A stretch of DNA of 64,000 bases from an uncultured Pseudomonadota bacterium (GCA_963749075.1 CAVVLJ010000002.1:96001-160000), one strand, 5' to 3'. Positions 9,511-18,357 are shown, numbered from the stretch's first letter. Notes: generated by a model from the letters alone, not told the origin. Program-made: numbers and translations.

Positions 9511-10404
9511 ATGGCTTGGTTTCTTTTTATCGACGAATCTGGGATTGACCACCACGAATCCCCTTATGAGGTGCTTGCTGGGGTTGCCATCAAAGACGAG
9601 TCGCTCTGGGGATTAATTGGGGAGATACATGACGCGGAACTTTCGCACTTCGGCCGTCGATACAGCGGCGGTGCGCGCGAGTTGAAGGGGAAAAAGATTC
9701 TGAAAGCAAAGACGTTTCGGCTGGCTGAATTGAATTGTGAGGTTTTGCCGCACGAGGTTCCGCAGCTCGCGAAAGAGGCGCTTGATGACGGACGGCTTAA
9801 CAACTCCGTTCGACATCTGAAAGCACTCTCGCTGGCAAAGATAGCTTATGTATCGGAAGTATTTTCAATTTGCATAAGGGCGGGATGCAAAATTTTTGCA
9901 AGCGTAGTTGAAGTCGATGCGCCTCCGACAACGGCATTGGCAGGGTTGCGAAAAGACTATGCGTATGTCTTTCAGAGGTTTTTTTATTTTTTAGAGGACG
10001 AATCGGGAGACAGGGGAGCACCCCAGCATGGGATTTTAGTGTTCGATGAACTTGAAAAATCTCGTAGCCACATTCTCCTTGACCAAGCGCACCGATATTT
10101 CAAAGAGACGGAGATAGGGAGGTTGCGGGCGAGCCTTGTGATCCCAGAACCGTTCTTTGTCCACAGTGATCTCACGACGGGAGTGCAAATCGCCGATCTA
10201 GTGGCATATTGCATTTCATGGGGCTTTCGTACGGCCGCCATGGTCAAGCCGGCTCGGGCGGAGCTGGCACCCTATGGCTCTCAGATTGCCCGACTCAGAT
10301 ACCGTGCCGTGCGGCATCTGTACGATAACCCGTCTTATGTCATTTGGAGCGTAGCCCACATCATCGATCTGCGGACACGCATAGAACGACTTGATGAGGA
10401 ATAA
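9511..10404 (+). CDS. DUF3800-family protein (RNase H-like fold)
   Basis: N-terminal FLFIDESG, ELKG, VFDE and QIADLVAY acidic motifs typical of DUF3800; lower GC than host. Confidence 0.85.
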   Translation: MAWFLFIDESGIDHHESPYEVLAGVAIKDESLWGLIGEIHDAELSHFGRRYSGGARELKGKKILKAKTFRLAELNCEVLPHEVPQLAKEALDDGRLNNSVRHLKALSLAKIAYVSEVFSICIRAGCKIFASVVEVDAPPTTALAGLRKDYAYVFQRFFYFLEDESGDRGAPQHGILVFDELEKSRSHILLDQAHRYFKETEIGRLRASLVIPEPFFVHSDLTTGVQIADLVAYCISWGFRTAAMVKPARAELAPYGSQIARLRYRAVRHLYDNPSYVIWSVAHIIDLRTRIERLDEE

Positions 10405-10443
10405 AAAAGGCAATGCAAGGCCGGAGCCCCACAAAGCCTCCGC
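10402..10443 (-). ncRNA. candidate ~40-nt structured small RNA convergent on the DUF3800 stop codon
   Basis: Minus strand GGAGGC-UUU-GUGGGGC-UCCG-GCCUUGC-AUU-GCCU-UUUUU: nested stem-loop ending in a U run, directly downstream of a consensus-like promoter. Confidence 0.6.
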
Positions 10444-10447
10444 AGAT

Positions 10448-10476
10448 AACCTAGTGGCTGGTGTATAGGATGTCAA
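10448..10476 (-). promoter_or_regulatory. sigma70 promoter for the candidate sRNA
   Basis: TTGACA (10476-10471), 17-nt spacer, TAGGTT (10453-10448). Confidence 0.7.
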
Positions 10477-10517
10477 TACGAAATATGCAAAACGCAACCC
10501 GGAGGAGACCCACGAAC

Positions 10518-10709
10518 ATGGCAGGAACGCGGCTGATTCGCAAGCCAAACTCCAGCGACCCCGAGGAATACAAGCGCTTCGTCGAGATGGCTCGCGAAGT
10601 GGGCGCGGATGAATCGCCAGAGGCATTCGAGCGGGCGTTCAAGAAGGTGGTCCCATCTACGCCAGCGGCAAGCCGCCCTCGTCCATCCGGGAGGCGAGCT
10701 TCGTCATAA
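10518..10709 (+). CDS. 63-aa micro-protein, IS1595 passenger
   Basis: GGAGGAG RBS at 10501; sequence ..EEYKRFVEMAREVGADESPEAFERAFKKVV.. Confidence 0.65.
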   Translation: MAGTRLIRKPNSSDPEEYKRFVEMAREVGADESPEAFERAFKKVVPSTPAASRPRPSGRRASS

Positions 10710-11568
10710 GGCCCTTCACGGCGACGAACAAATGTTCGGCCTCCGCGTCGGTGTACTTATTCTCAACATGCATCGTCGTGTTGCGCCATGCCACGCGGAC
10801 GGCATCAAGCGAGGCATAGGTTGATTCGAAAAACTGACGATCAGCACCATGCCAGGGCGGCGGCTTTGCGGAGTTGCGTACGTCAATTGCGTCTTTAATG
10901 CTCTTGAGAACTATGCCCCAGTTCCTGGCTGCGCCCGCTGCCGGCAGCGTTATACCCAGGCATGCAGCCCCCGCCTTCAGGCCGATCTCGGTAAGCCTCA
11001 TGAGATGGAAGACGCAGGCCGTCGGGCGTCCGAGCGCCCGGCACTTAGCCGCCTCGTCCAGATCGAACAGGGCCGAAGAAAACTTCGCTTCGAAATCGGC
11101 GCCGAAAAGTGGGCTGAGCGGTTCGAAATAAGCCTGCTCGGCCGGTTCCAACACGAAGGCTCTGACCAACGAAAGCTCATCTTGAAGGCGAGAATCGATT
11201 TCTTTGTATGAGTTGGCCACATCGGCATAGGGCATGGGTTGTCCGCTTTGGAGCCTCTTGAGCAGCCGATGGACCTCCATAGACGTGATCCTCGTTCCCA
11301 GCACCAGCAATGAACTCTGAAGGTCTTTGGCGTGGGCGACATAGTCAGAGACGAGAAAGGGTTCGACGGCAGGCGGGAAAGTGCCGCTGCCATCCTGACT
11401 CTCGCCATGCCGAGTTTCAGTGAGCATACGTATAGCCACCATCGAGGTTGTGGCTTGGTAGAAGGCGGCGGCGTTGAGCTTCAACATGTCCCACAGGCTC
11501 CAAAGCCGGCGGGAGCGCCAAGGTGCGGGCTCGCGAGGCCCCATGCCGGCGGTTGAGTGGGGCATCAT
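10657..11568 (-). CDS. HEPN-motif protein (putative RNase), IS1595 passenger; start uncertain
   Basis: DLDEAAKC..ACVFHLMRLTE helix followed by an Rx4H motif (WRNTTMH) near the C-terminus. Confidence 0.7.
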   Translation of the reverse strand: MMPHSTAGMGPREPAPWRSRRLWSLWDMLKLNAAAFYQATTSMVAIRMLTETRHGESQDGSGTFPPAVEPFLVSDYVAHAKDLQSSLLVLGTRITSMEVHRLLKRLQSGQPMPYADVANSYKEIDSRLQDELSLVRAFVLEPAEQAYFEPLSPLFGADFEAKFSSALFDLDEAAKCRALGRPTACVFHLMRLTEIGLKAGAACLGITLPAAGAARNWGIVLKSIKDAIDVRNSAKPPPWHGADRQFFESTYASLDAVRVAWRNTTMHVENKYTDAEAEHLFVAVKGLMTKLASRMDEGGLPLA

Positions 11569-11631
11569 AGCTCAATCTCAAGGGCTTTGGTATGGGAAGT
11601 GTAACGTCGCCGCGCGCGCGCCCTCGCCGGC

Positions 11632-11650
11632 ACCCTTGGCCGGCAAGGGT
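11632..11650. terminator. hairpin ACCCTTG-GCCGG-CAAGGGT at the intron insertion site
   Basis: Perfect 7-bp stem; with the intron removed it lies 4 nt past the stop of the minus-strand gene 12380-12856; no U tract. Confidence 0.4.
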
Positions 11651-12375
11651 GTGCGCCGTGACAAGGCGGCGCTTTCCAGTGGGTGCAAGGCCCACCCGGC
11701 AACCGCTCCAGCCGGAAGCAATCGGAGCAGTCATGGAGGTAACGAAATGACTGAAGCCTCTGATTAGCGTGTCACGAATTGGTGACCGCGCGAGTGTGCA
11801 GGCCGCAACGTGAGTGAACGCTGAGCAAGCCTCGAAAAGGACGATGCACAGGCCGACCCGACGACCCTTTCGGGGAAGGCTGATACGGCTGGGAGATATG
11901 AGCGAAGACGACTTCCAGCTGCTGTGCCGGGGTAGTGGCGGCAGCATGTACACAAGGAAAGCGCACGCAACACGGGAAGCCCCGAGGCGTGGTCAGGGAT
12001 GACCAACCGGACGCCCGCGAGGGACAGGCCGGGCGCCGTGGGGTGGCGGAGAGGTTCGTAGTACCGCTGAAGCCGGGTAACGCCGGTGGAGGGAAGGGAC
12101 CTCAGTTCAAGACAGACGCAATACGCGGTGAAGGACCTGGAGATTGGGCAACCTATCAACTCCGAAGAGTGTTCAGAAACTGCAGATGGTGTTGCACGCG
12201 AACTGTGAAGGCGTGAGGTCTTGTCCGAGAGCCGGATGCGGGAGATCCGCACGTCCGGTTCGATGAGCGGGGTGTGGAAACGGAGCCAGGGTCGAACCAG
12301 TGAGGCACCGCCAGACGAAAGGGGCGGGAACAGATATGTTCGGCCTACAGCCACCGCGCCACACCTCGACTCTAC
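11651..12375 (+). mobile_element. ORF-less group II intron (IIB-like), 725 nt
   Basis: 5' GTGCG; domain V GAGCCGGATGCGGGAGATCCGCACGTCCGGTTC (~12229-12261, AGC triad); domain VI ending CTCGACTCTAC; EBS1 ACCCTT (11864-11869) complementary to IBS1 AAGGGT (11645-11650). Confidence 0.93.
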
Positions 12376-12379
12376 CGCC

Positions 12380-12856
12380 TCAGCGCGCCGCGGGTTTGAC
12401 CGGCTTGCCGAGCTTCACGCCGCGCACCTCGGCGCCTTGCGCCCGCAATGCCCCGAAGAACGGCCCATGCGCCTCGGGCACGACATTGCGCCGCTCCATG
12501 AGATGGACGTCGATATGGGCGCAGCGATGGCGCTCCGCGAGCGGCTCGATAGCACCCACGAGCGCGCCGACGGCACCCTCGCGGTCGACGATGTCGAGCG
12601 CCGTCGGATGCTCGATGACGAGCGTGCGGCCGTGCTCAAGGTCCGTATCGATGCGGTAGCAGAAGAGCCCGTAGATATAGCCCTGCTCGTCGAGCGCCGA
12701 CATGATGCCGCCGGGCTGGCGCCCGCGCGTCCCGAACCGCCGCGTGTATTCGATCCAGCCCTCGAGGCTGACCGCCGGGAGGCGCGAATGCACGAGTGGG
12801 AAGGCCTTGGCGAGCTCGCTGTCGCCAAGCGCGCGGACGACGAAGCTCCGTCTCAT
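12380..12856 (-). CDS. hypothetical protein, GNAT-like fold possible
   Basis: 158-aa ORF with GAGG RBS; [10 protein letters not shown] strand pattern. Confidence 0.6.
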   Translation of the reverse strand: MRRSFVVRALGDSELAKAFPLVHSRLPAVSLEGWIEYTRRFGTRGRQPGGIMSALDEQGYIYGLFCYRIDTDLEHGRTLVIEHPTALDIVDREGAVGALVGAIEPLAERHRCAHIDVHLMERRNVVPEAHGPFFGALRAQGAEVRGVKLGKPVKPAAR

Positions 12857-12914
12857 CGAAGTGCCTCTCTTGCTTCGACCGAGCCGCAGAATGGCATGCC
12901 GGGAGGGATCGGCA

Positions 12915-12928
12915 TTGATGCACGTCAA
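12915..12928. promoter_or_regulatory. FNR/FixK-type box
   Basis: TTGAT-GCAC-GTCAA, one mismatch to TTGAT-N4-ATCAA, about 60 bp upstream of ATG12856. Confidence 0.6.
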
Positions 12929-13086
12929 ATTAGTGACGCCCCCGGCGCAGCGCCCGGTCTCCTTCGCGGGGCGGCGGCCCCGAATAGGCCTTGATCTCGG
13001 GTGGCCGATCTGGTTTGAGGTGCAGCATCGCCCGTCGGCGCGCCCCGGGCGGCGCATCGTCGCTCACTGCGGGAGGACGCCTTCGC

Positions 13087-14337
13087 TTGCCGCGCATTGC
13101 ACCGACGGGACGCCTCAAGATCGGTCACGTCCTGGGCGCCGCCGCCTTCGTGGCACTGCCGCTCGAGGTATTCTCCTGGCCGAGTGTCACGCCCGTCATG
13201 GTGGCGGCGGCACTCGCAGCACTCCTCGCCGGCGGCTGGCGCGGCTCGCTCCTGCCGCGCCCCCTCGCGGCACTCCTCGCCCTCCTCCTGGTCTACGGCA
13301 GCGCCAGCGCGCTGTGGTCGCTCGAGCCCTCCGGCGTGCTCGAGCTTTCGGCACGCCTCCTCGGCACCTTCGCTGCCGGCCTCGTGCTGGTGGCGGCGGC
13401 GCGCGGCCTCTCGCCCGCGGAGCGCCGGTTCTGCGGGACGGCGCTCGTGCTCGGCGATCTCCTCGGCCTCGCCCTCCTCCAGCTCATGCTGCTGACCCAG
13501 GCGAGCCTCTTGGATTACCTGCGCAACCTCGCCGCGCTGGCACCCCTCATCGGGCATCAGCGTCCCTTCTATTTCCCGGTGGGCTTCGACCCGGCGATGA
13601 CGCTCGCGGCCCTCCTCGCCTGGCCGGTCATGGCGGTTCTCCGGCGCCGCTACGGGAGCTGGGCGGCCGCGGGCGCTGCCGCCGTCACTTTCGCCGTGCT
13701 GCTGCAGGGCGAGAGCATGACCTCGAAGGTTGCCTTCGCCGCCGGCCTCGCGGTCCTTTTCGCAGCTCGCCTGGCACCCAAGGCCGTGGCAGCGGCGCTC
13801 GCGGCACTTCTCGTCTTCTGGCTCGCGGCAGCGCCGCTCCTGCTGCGGCCGGAAGTCCTGGCTTGGCTACCCCATACGCTGCCGGTCAAGGACGCGAAGC
13901 AAAGGTCGCTCGAGCATCGGCTGGAAATCTGGAACTTCGTCGGCGCGCGCATCGACGAGCGCCCGCTCCTCGGCTGGGGCTTCGACAGCTCGCGCTGGAT
14001 GCCGGGCGGGCACGAGATACTGGCCAATCACGGCGAGCTGCTGCCTCTCCATCCCCACGACGCCGCCCTGCAGTTGCGGCTCGACCTCGGCCTGCCGGGG
14101 GTGGCGCTCGGCATCGCCTTCGTGCTGGTACTTTTCCGCGGCCTGCGCAGCTTCGCCGGCGGCGCCACGGAGGCAGCACTCACCCTCGCCTTGATCACGG
14201 TTGCATCCATCTATGCCGCGCTGAGCTATAATCTCTGGCACGTCTGGTGGCTGACGATGCTGTGGCTTGCGGGCGCCTTCGTGGTGGCGGCAGCGGCGGA
14301 TCGCGGGCGGAGCGGCTCCGGCGGCGCATCATCCTAG
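13087..14337 (+). CDS. O-antigen ligase (Wzy_C) family membrane protein
   Basis: Multiple TM segments; HRLEIW..ERPLLGWG and LHPHD motifs; TTG start after GGGAGG (start uncertain). Confidence 0.85.
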   Translation: MPRIAPTGRLKIGHVLGAAAFVALPLEVFSWPSVTPVMVAAALAALLAGGWRGSLLPRPLAALLALLLVYGSASALWSLEPSGVLELSARLLGTFAAGLVLVAAARGLSPAERRFCGTALVLGDLLGLALLQLMLLTQASLLDYLRNLAALAPLIGHQRPFYFPVGFDPAMTLAALLAWPVMAVLRRRYGSWAAAGAAAVTFAVLLQGESMTSKVAFAAGLAVLFAARLAPKAVAAALAALLVFWLAAAPLLLRPEVLAWLPHTLPVKDAKQRSLEHRLEIWNFVGARIDERPLLGWGFDSSRWMPGGHEILANHGELLPLHPHDAALQLRLDLGLPGVALGIAFVLVLFRGLRSFAGGATEAALTLALITVASIYAALSYNLWHVWWLTMLWLAGAFVVAAAADRGRSGSGGASS

Positions 14338-14361
14338 CGCGCGGGCGCGGAAGAGCAGGGC

Positions 14362-16131
14362 ATGTGCGGAATTGCCGGCGTGATGATGCGGGGCGGGCGT
14401 GCCGTGGATCGGACGGTCCTCGAGCGGCTGGCGGCGGCCATCGCCCATCGCGGCCCCGACGGCACCGGCTTCCACAGGGACGGCCCGATAGGCCTCGTCA
14501 GCACGCGCCTCGCCATCGTCGACCTGGTGAGCGGCGACCAGCCGCTCGTCGGGCCGCGCGGCGCCGTGCTCGTGGCGAACGGCGAGATCTACAACGACCT
14601 CGACCTGCGCGCAGCCTTCCCCGACGCACCCTACCGCACCCGCTCGGACTGCGAATCGCCGCTGCAGCTCTATCGCCGCAAGGGGCTCGGTTTCGCGGAC
14701 GAGCTCCGCGGCATGTACGGCATCGCCATCTTCGACCCGGAGGAGGGAGCGCTCGTGCTCGCCCGCGATCCCTTCGGCATCAAGCCGCTCTATTACGCGG
14801 AGAGTGCCGAGTGCTTCGCTTTCGCGTCCGAGCCGCAGGCGCTCATCGCGGCCGGGCTCGCGGGTCGCGCGATCAGGCCGCGCCAGCGCGCCGAGCTCTT
14901 GCAGCTCAAATTCACCACCGGCCCGGAGACGATCTTCCGGGAGATCGACCGCGTGCTCCCCGGCGAGACGCTCGTGGTCCGCGCCGGGAGCATCGCCGAG
15001 CGCCGCCGGCGCTTGGCGCTGCCCGCGGGCGGGCCGGTCGCGATCGGCCATGACGAGGCGGAGCGCCGCCTCGACGACATCCTCGCGGAGAGCGTGCAGG
15101 CGCACCTGCGCTCGGACGTGCCCTACGGGCTCTTCCTCTCGAGCGGCATCGACTCCACGCTTCTGATCGCCATGATGACGCGCTTCTCGCCGGGCCCGGT
15201 CGTGGCCTTCACGGCCGCCTTTCCCGGCAGCGCCGGCGCCGACGAGCGGGCGGTCGCCGAGCGCGTGGCGCGCGCCACAGGCGCCGAGCATCACGTCGTC
15301 GAGCTCGACGAGCGCTATTTCTGGAGCCATGCGCCGCGCGTTGCCGCGGCACTCGACGATCCCACCACGGACGCCGCGGCTCTCCCCACCTATGCGCTCG
15401 GCGAGGCCGCCAAGGGCCACCTCAAGGTGGTGCTCAGCGGCGAGGGCGCCGACGAGATCTTCGGCGGCTATGCGCGCTACCGGCGCGCGCGCTGGCTCTG
15501 GGGCCTCCTGGCGCGCGACGCGCGCACCCACGGGGAGTTCGACGGCCTGGCGGACCTGAACGGCGTGCTCGACGGCTGGCGCGATGGGCTGGGCCGCGCC
15601 GAGGCGCGCGAGGGGCGCGCCCCGCGCTCGCGCCTCCAGGCGCTCCAGGCGGTCGACTGCGCGGAATGGCTGCCCAACGACCTCCTCATCAAGCTCGACC
15701 GCTGCCTCATGGCGCACGGCGTCGAGGGCCGCACGCCCTATCTCGACCCCGTGGTCGCGGATTTCGCCTTTGCGCTGCCGGATCGCCTCAAGGTGACGAG
15801 CCGTTTCGGCAAGCGGCTCTTGCGCGACTGGCTGGCCGAGAACGTGCCCGCGGCCGAGCCTTATGCGCGCAAGCAGGGCTTCAACCCGCCGGTAGGCGCG
15901 TGGATCGCCGCGCGCAAGTGCAAGCTCGAGCCCCTCGTCGCGGCAGCGCCCGGCGTTGCCGAGATGGCCTCTAGCACCCAGGTGGGCCGCATCCTGGCCG
16001 AGCCGGAGCGCCACTCCCAGGCCGCCTGGAGCCTCCTCTGCTGGGCGCTCTGGCACAGCCACCACGTGCTCGGAGTGGCCGCCGACGGCACGGTCGAGGA
16101 GACGCTCGCCGCCGCGGCGCGGTGCGGCTGA
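14362..16131 (+). CDS. asnB: asparagine synthase (glutamine-hydrolysing) family amidotransferase
   Basis: MCGIAG, HRGPD, NGEIYN, RDPFGIKPLYY, SGEGADE. Confidence 0.93.
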   Translation: MCGIAGVMMRGGRAVDRTVLERLAAAIAHRGPDGTGFHRDGPIGLVSTRLAIVDLVSGDQPLVGPRGAVLVANGEIYNDLDLRAAFPDAPYRTRSDCESPLQLYRRKGLGFADELRGMYGIAIFDPEEGALVLARDPFGIKPLYYAESAECFAFASEPQALIAAGLAGRAIRPRQRAELLQLKFTTGPETIFREIDRVLPGETLVVRAGSIAERRRRLALPAGGPVAIGHDEAERRLDDILAESVQAHLRSDVPYGLFLSSGIDSTLLIAMMTRFSPGPVVAFTAAFPGSAGADERAVAERVARATGAEHHVVELDERYFWSHAPRVAAALDDPTTDAAALPTYALGEAAKGHLKVVLSGEGADEIFGGYARYRRARWLWGLLARDARTHGEFDGLADLNGVLDGWRDGLGRAEAREGRAPRSRLQALQAVDCAEWLPNDLLIKLDRCLMAHGVEGRTPYLDPVVADFAFALPDRLKVTSRFGKRLLRDWLAENVPAAEPYARKQGFNPPVGAWIAARKCKLEPLVAAAPGVAEMASSTQVGRILAEPERHSQAAWSLLCWALWHSHHVLGVAADGTVEETLAAAARCG

Positions 16132-16189
16132 GGCCAGCCCCTCCGCCGGCCCTACCCAAAGCTGTCCGGAAGGCGCTATAAGAGCGGCG

Positions 16190-17329
16190 ATGCGAAGCTA
16201 CAACAAGTACATCTTCAAGCAGCTCTCCGTGGCGATGCTGTTCGTCAGCTTCTGCCTGACCTGCGCCATCTGGCTCACCCAGTCGCTGCGCTACATCGAG
16301 CTCATCGTCAAGCACGGCATCTCGCTCGGCACCTTTCTCTATCTCACGCTCCTGCTGCTGCCGGGCTTTCTCTCGATCGTGCTGCCGGTGGCGCTCTTCT
16401 CCTCGGTGCTCTTCACCTACAACAAGCTATGGATGGACCGCGAGCTCGTGGTGCTGCGCGCGGTCGGCGTGAGCCAGGCCTCGCTCGCGGCACCGGCGCT
16501 CCTGATGGCGACGCTCGTCATGCTCGTCGGCTATGCGCTCAATCTCTATTTCATGCCGGCGGCCTACCGCAACTTCAAGGACATGGAATTCGCCATCCGC
16601 AACGATTTCTCGGCGGTCCTGCTGCAGGAGGGCAAGTTCAACACGCTCGGCGACGGCCTCACCATCTACGTGCGCCAGCGGGCGCCCAACGGCGAGCTCC
16701 TCGGCATCCTCGTGCACGACGTGCGCACGCCGACGAAGCCCGTCACCTACATCGCAGAGCGCGGCGCCGTGGTACCCTCGCCGTCGGGCCCGCGCGTCGT
16801 GCTCTTCGACGGCAACCGCCAGGCGATCGAGCGCACGGACGGCCATCTGTCGCTGCTTTATTTCGACAAGTACAGCGTCGATCTCGACTGGCTGTCGAGC
16901 GGGCTGCAGCCGCGCTGGCGGCGGGCCGACGAGCGCTTTCTCGGCGAGCTGCTCAATCCCAACGTGAACGACCCCGACGACCGGCTCAATGCCGTCCGCT
17001 TCCTCGTCGAGGCCAATCAGCGCCTGGTGAGCCCGTGGTACGCCATCGCCTTCACGCTCATCGGGCTGGCGGCACTGCTCTCGGGCGACTTCAACCGGCA
17101 GGGCCAGACGCTGCGCGTCATCGCCGCCGTGGCCGCCGTCGTGCTCCTCGAATCGACGTCGATCAGCAGCCAGAGCTTTGCGCTCAAGGACTTCTATCTC
17201 CTGCCGCTCGTCTATCTCAATTGCCTGGTGCCGCTCGTCGCCGGCGCCATCTATCTCTTGTATCCGCCGATGCGGCGTCCGATCGCACCGGTGGAGCCGG
17301 AAGACCCCTCGCTCGCCCGCGGCACGTGA
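16190..17329 (+). CDS. lptF: LPS export permease LptF
   Basis: IWLTQSLR, DRELVVLRAVG, 3TM-periplasmic-3TM layout. Confidence 0.88.
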   Translation: MRSYNKYIFKQLSVAMLFVSFCLTCAIWLTQSLRYIELIVKHGISLGTFLYLTLLLLPGFLSIVLPVALFSSVLFTYNKLWMDRELVVLRAVGVSQASLAAPALLMATLVMLVGYALNLYFMPAAYRNFKDMEFAIRNDFSAVLLQEGKFNTLGDGLTIYVRQRAPNGELLGILVHDVRTPTKPVTYIAERGAVVPSPSGPRVVLFDGNRQAIERTDGHLSLLYFDKYSVDLDWLSSGLQPRWRRADERFLGELLNPNVNDPDDRLNAVRFLVEANQRLVSPWYAIAFTLIGLAALLSGDFNRQGQTLRVIAAVAAVVLLESTSISSQSFALKDFYLLPLVYLNCLVPLVAGAIYLLYPPMRRPIAPVEPEDPSLARGT

Positions 17330-17352
17330 GCAGCCCCGCCGCGGCGCGGCGC

Positions 17353-18357
17353 TCAGGCGAAGACCAGCCGCTCGCCGATCTTGAGGCGCTCCGCCTTCTC
17401 GAGGAGCGCGTGGCCGAGGGCTATGTCGGTGATCCCCAGGCCGCGATGCCAGAGGAGGATGGTCTCGCTCTCCGCCTCGCGGCCGGGCCTGAGGCCGGCC
17501 ACGATCGCCGAGAGCTCGGCGTGGAGCGTGGCTTCCGAGAGCTTGCCCGCCTCGACGTGGGCGCGCAAGGAGCCGAACTGGCCGCTGCGGCATTGCCCCC
17601 AATCGTCGACCACCATCTTGTCCATGATATCCGTGAGCGCGAGCTCGACGGCGCTCATGGTGCCATAGGGTACCACGAGTGCTGAGGGCTTGATCCAGGC
17701 GGTCTTGAGGAGGGGCTCGGGACGCACCAGGCGCGAGGCCTCGACCACTATGTCGGCGCCTCTGACGCAGCTCTCCCAATCCGCGCACACGGTCACGGGC
17801 TTCCCCAAATCTTGCGTCAGCTTGGCGGCGAAGGCCTCGCGGCTTTCCGGCCGGCGCGAGTGCACGCGGATCTCCGCGAAATGGAAGAGGTGATCGAGGA
17901 GCCGCACGTTCCAGTAGGCGGTCCCCCGCGCGCCGATGTGGGCGAGCACCCGGCTCCCGTGCCGCGCCAGATATTTGGCGCCGACCGCCGTCACCGCACC
18001 CGTGCGCATGTCCGTGATCGCCGTCGCGTCGACCACCGCCTTCGGCATCCCGGTCGCGGGATCGAAGAGGTTGAGGAGCGCCATCTCGGACGGCAGGCCG
18101 AGCTTGTAGTTCTCGACGTAGTCGCCCACCACCTTGACGCCGGCGAGCCCGAGCGGCTTGACGTAGCCGCGCAGCACGTTGAAGTGGCCGTGCACCTTCG
18201 GGTCGGGCACCAGGTGCACGCGCGGCTCGACCACGGTCTGGCCCAGGCCGTGGGCGCGCAGCACGGCCTCCACCGCGTCGAGTATCTCGTCGTCGGTCAG
18301 CGCGAGCTCGGCGACGTGGCGGGCATTGAGATAGGCGATGTGGATCGCTTGCATCAC
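17353..18357 (-). CDS. ornithine cyclodeaminase / mu-crystallin family
   Basis: AGVKVVG, ITDMRTGA, Rossmann HIGARG, ADIVVEA. Confidence 0.9.
   Translation of the reverse strand: MMQAIHIAYLNARHVAELALTDDEILDAVEAVLRAHGLGQTVVEPRVHLVPDPKVHGHFNVLRGYVKPLGLAGVKVVGDYVENYKLGLPSEMALLNLFDPATGMPKAVVDATAITDMRTGAVTAVGAKYLARHGSRVLAHIGARGTAYWNVRLLDHLFHFAEIRVHSRRPESREAFAAKLTQDLGKPVTVCADWESCVRGADIVVEASRLVRPEPLLKTAWIKPSALVVPYGTMSAVELALTDIMDKMVVDDWGQCRSGQFGSLRAHVEAGKLSEATLHAELSAIVAGLRPGREAESETILLWHRGLGITDIALGHALLEKAERLKIGERLVFA

Larger units (their letters stand above)
8489..11611 (+). mobile_element. IS1595-family cargo element (tIS), 3123 bp
   Basis: IRL GGCGACGTTACACTTTACATAC (8489-8510) vs IRR GTATGGGAAGTGTAACGTCGCC (11590-11611), 20/22 inverted match; 8-bp direct repeat GCGCGCGC at 8481-8488 and 11612-11619. 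Confidence 0.92.

Noticed and set aside
11651-12375. Retron or DGR interpretation of the structured RNA
   Set aside because: Domain V/VI and the GUGCG..AC ends identify a group II intron; no RT gene or TR/VR pair is in the window
11417-12994. ORFs overlapping the group II intron (e.g. 11764-12354, 12221-12994)
   Set aside because: They translate conserved intron RNA structure; no RT motifs such as YADD
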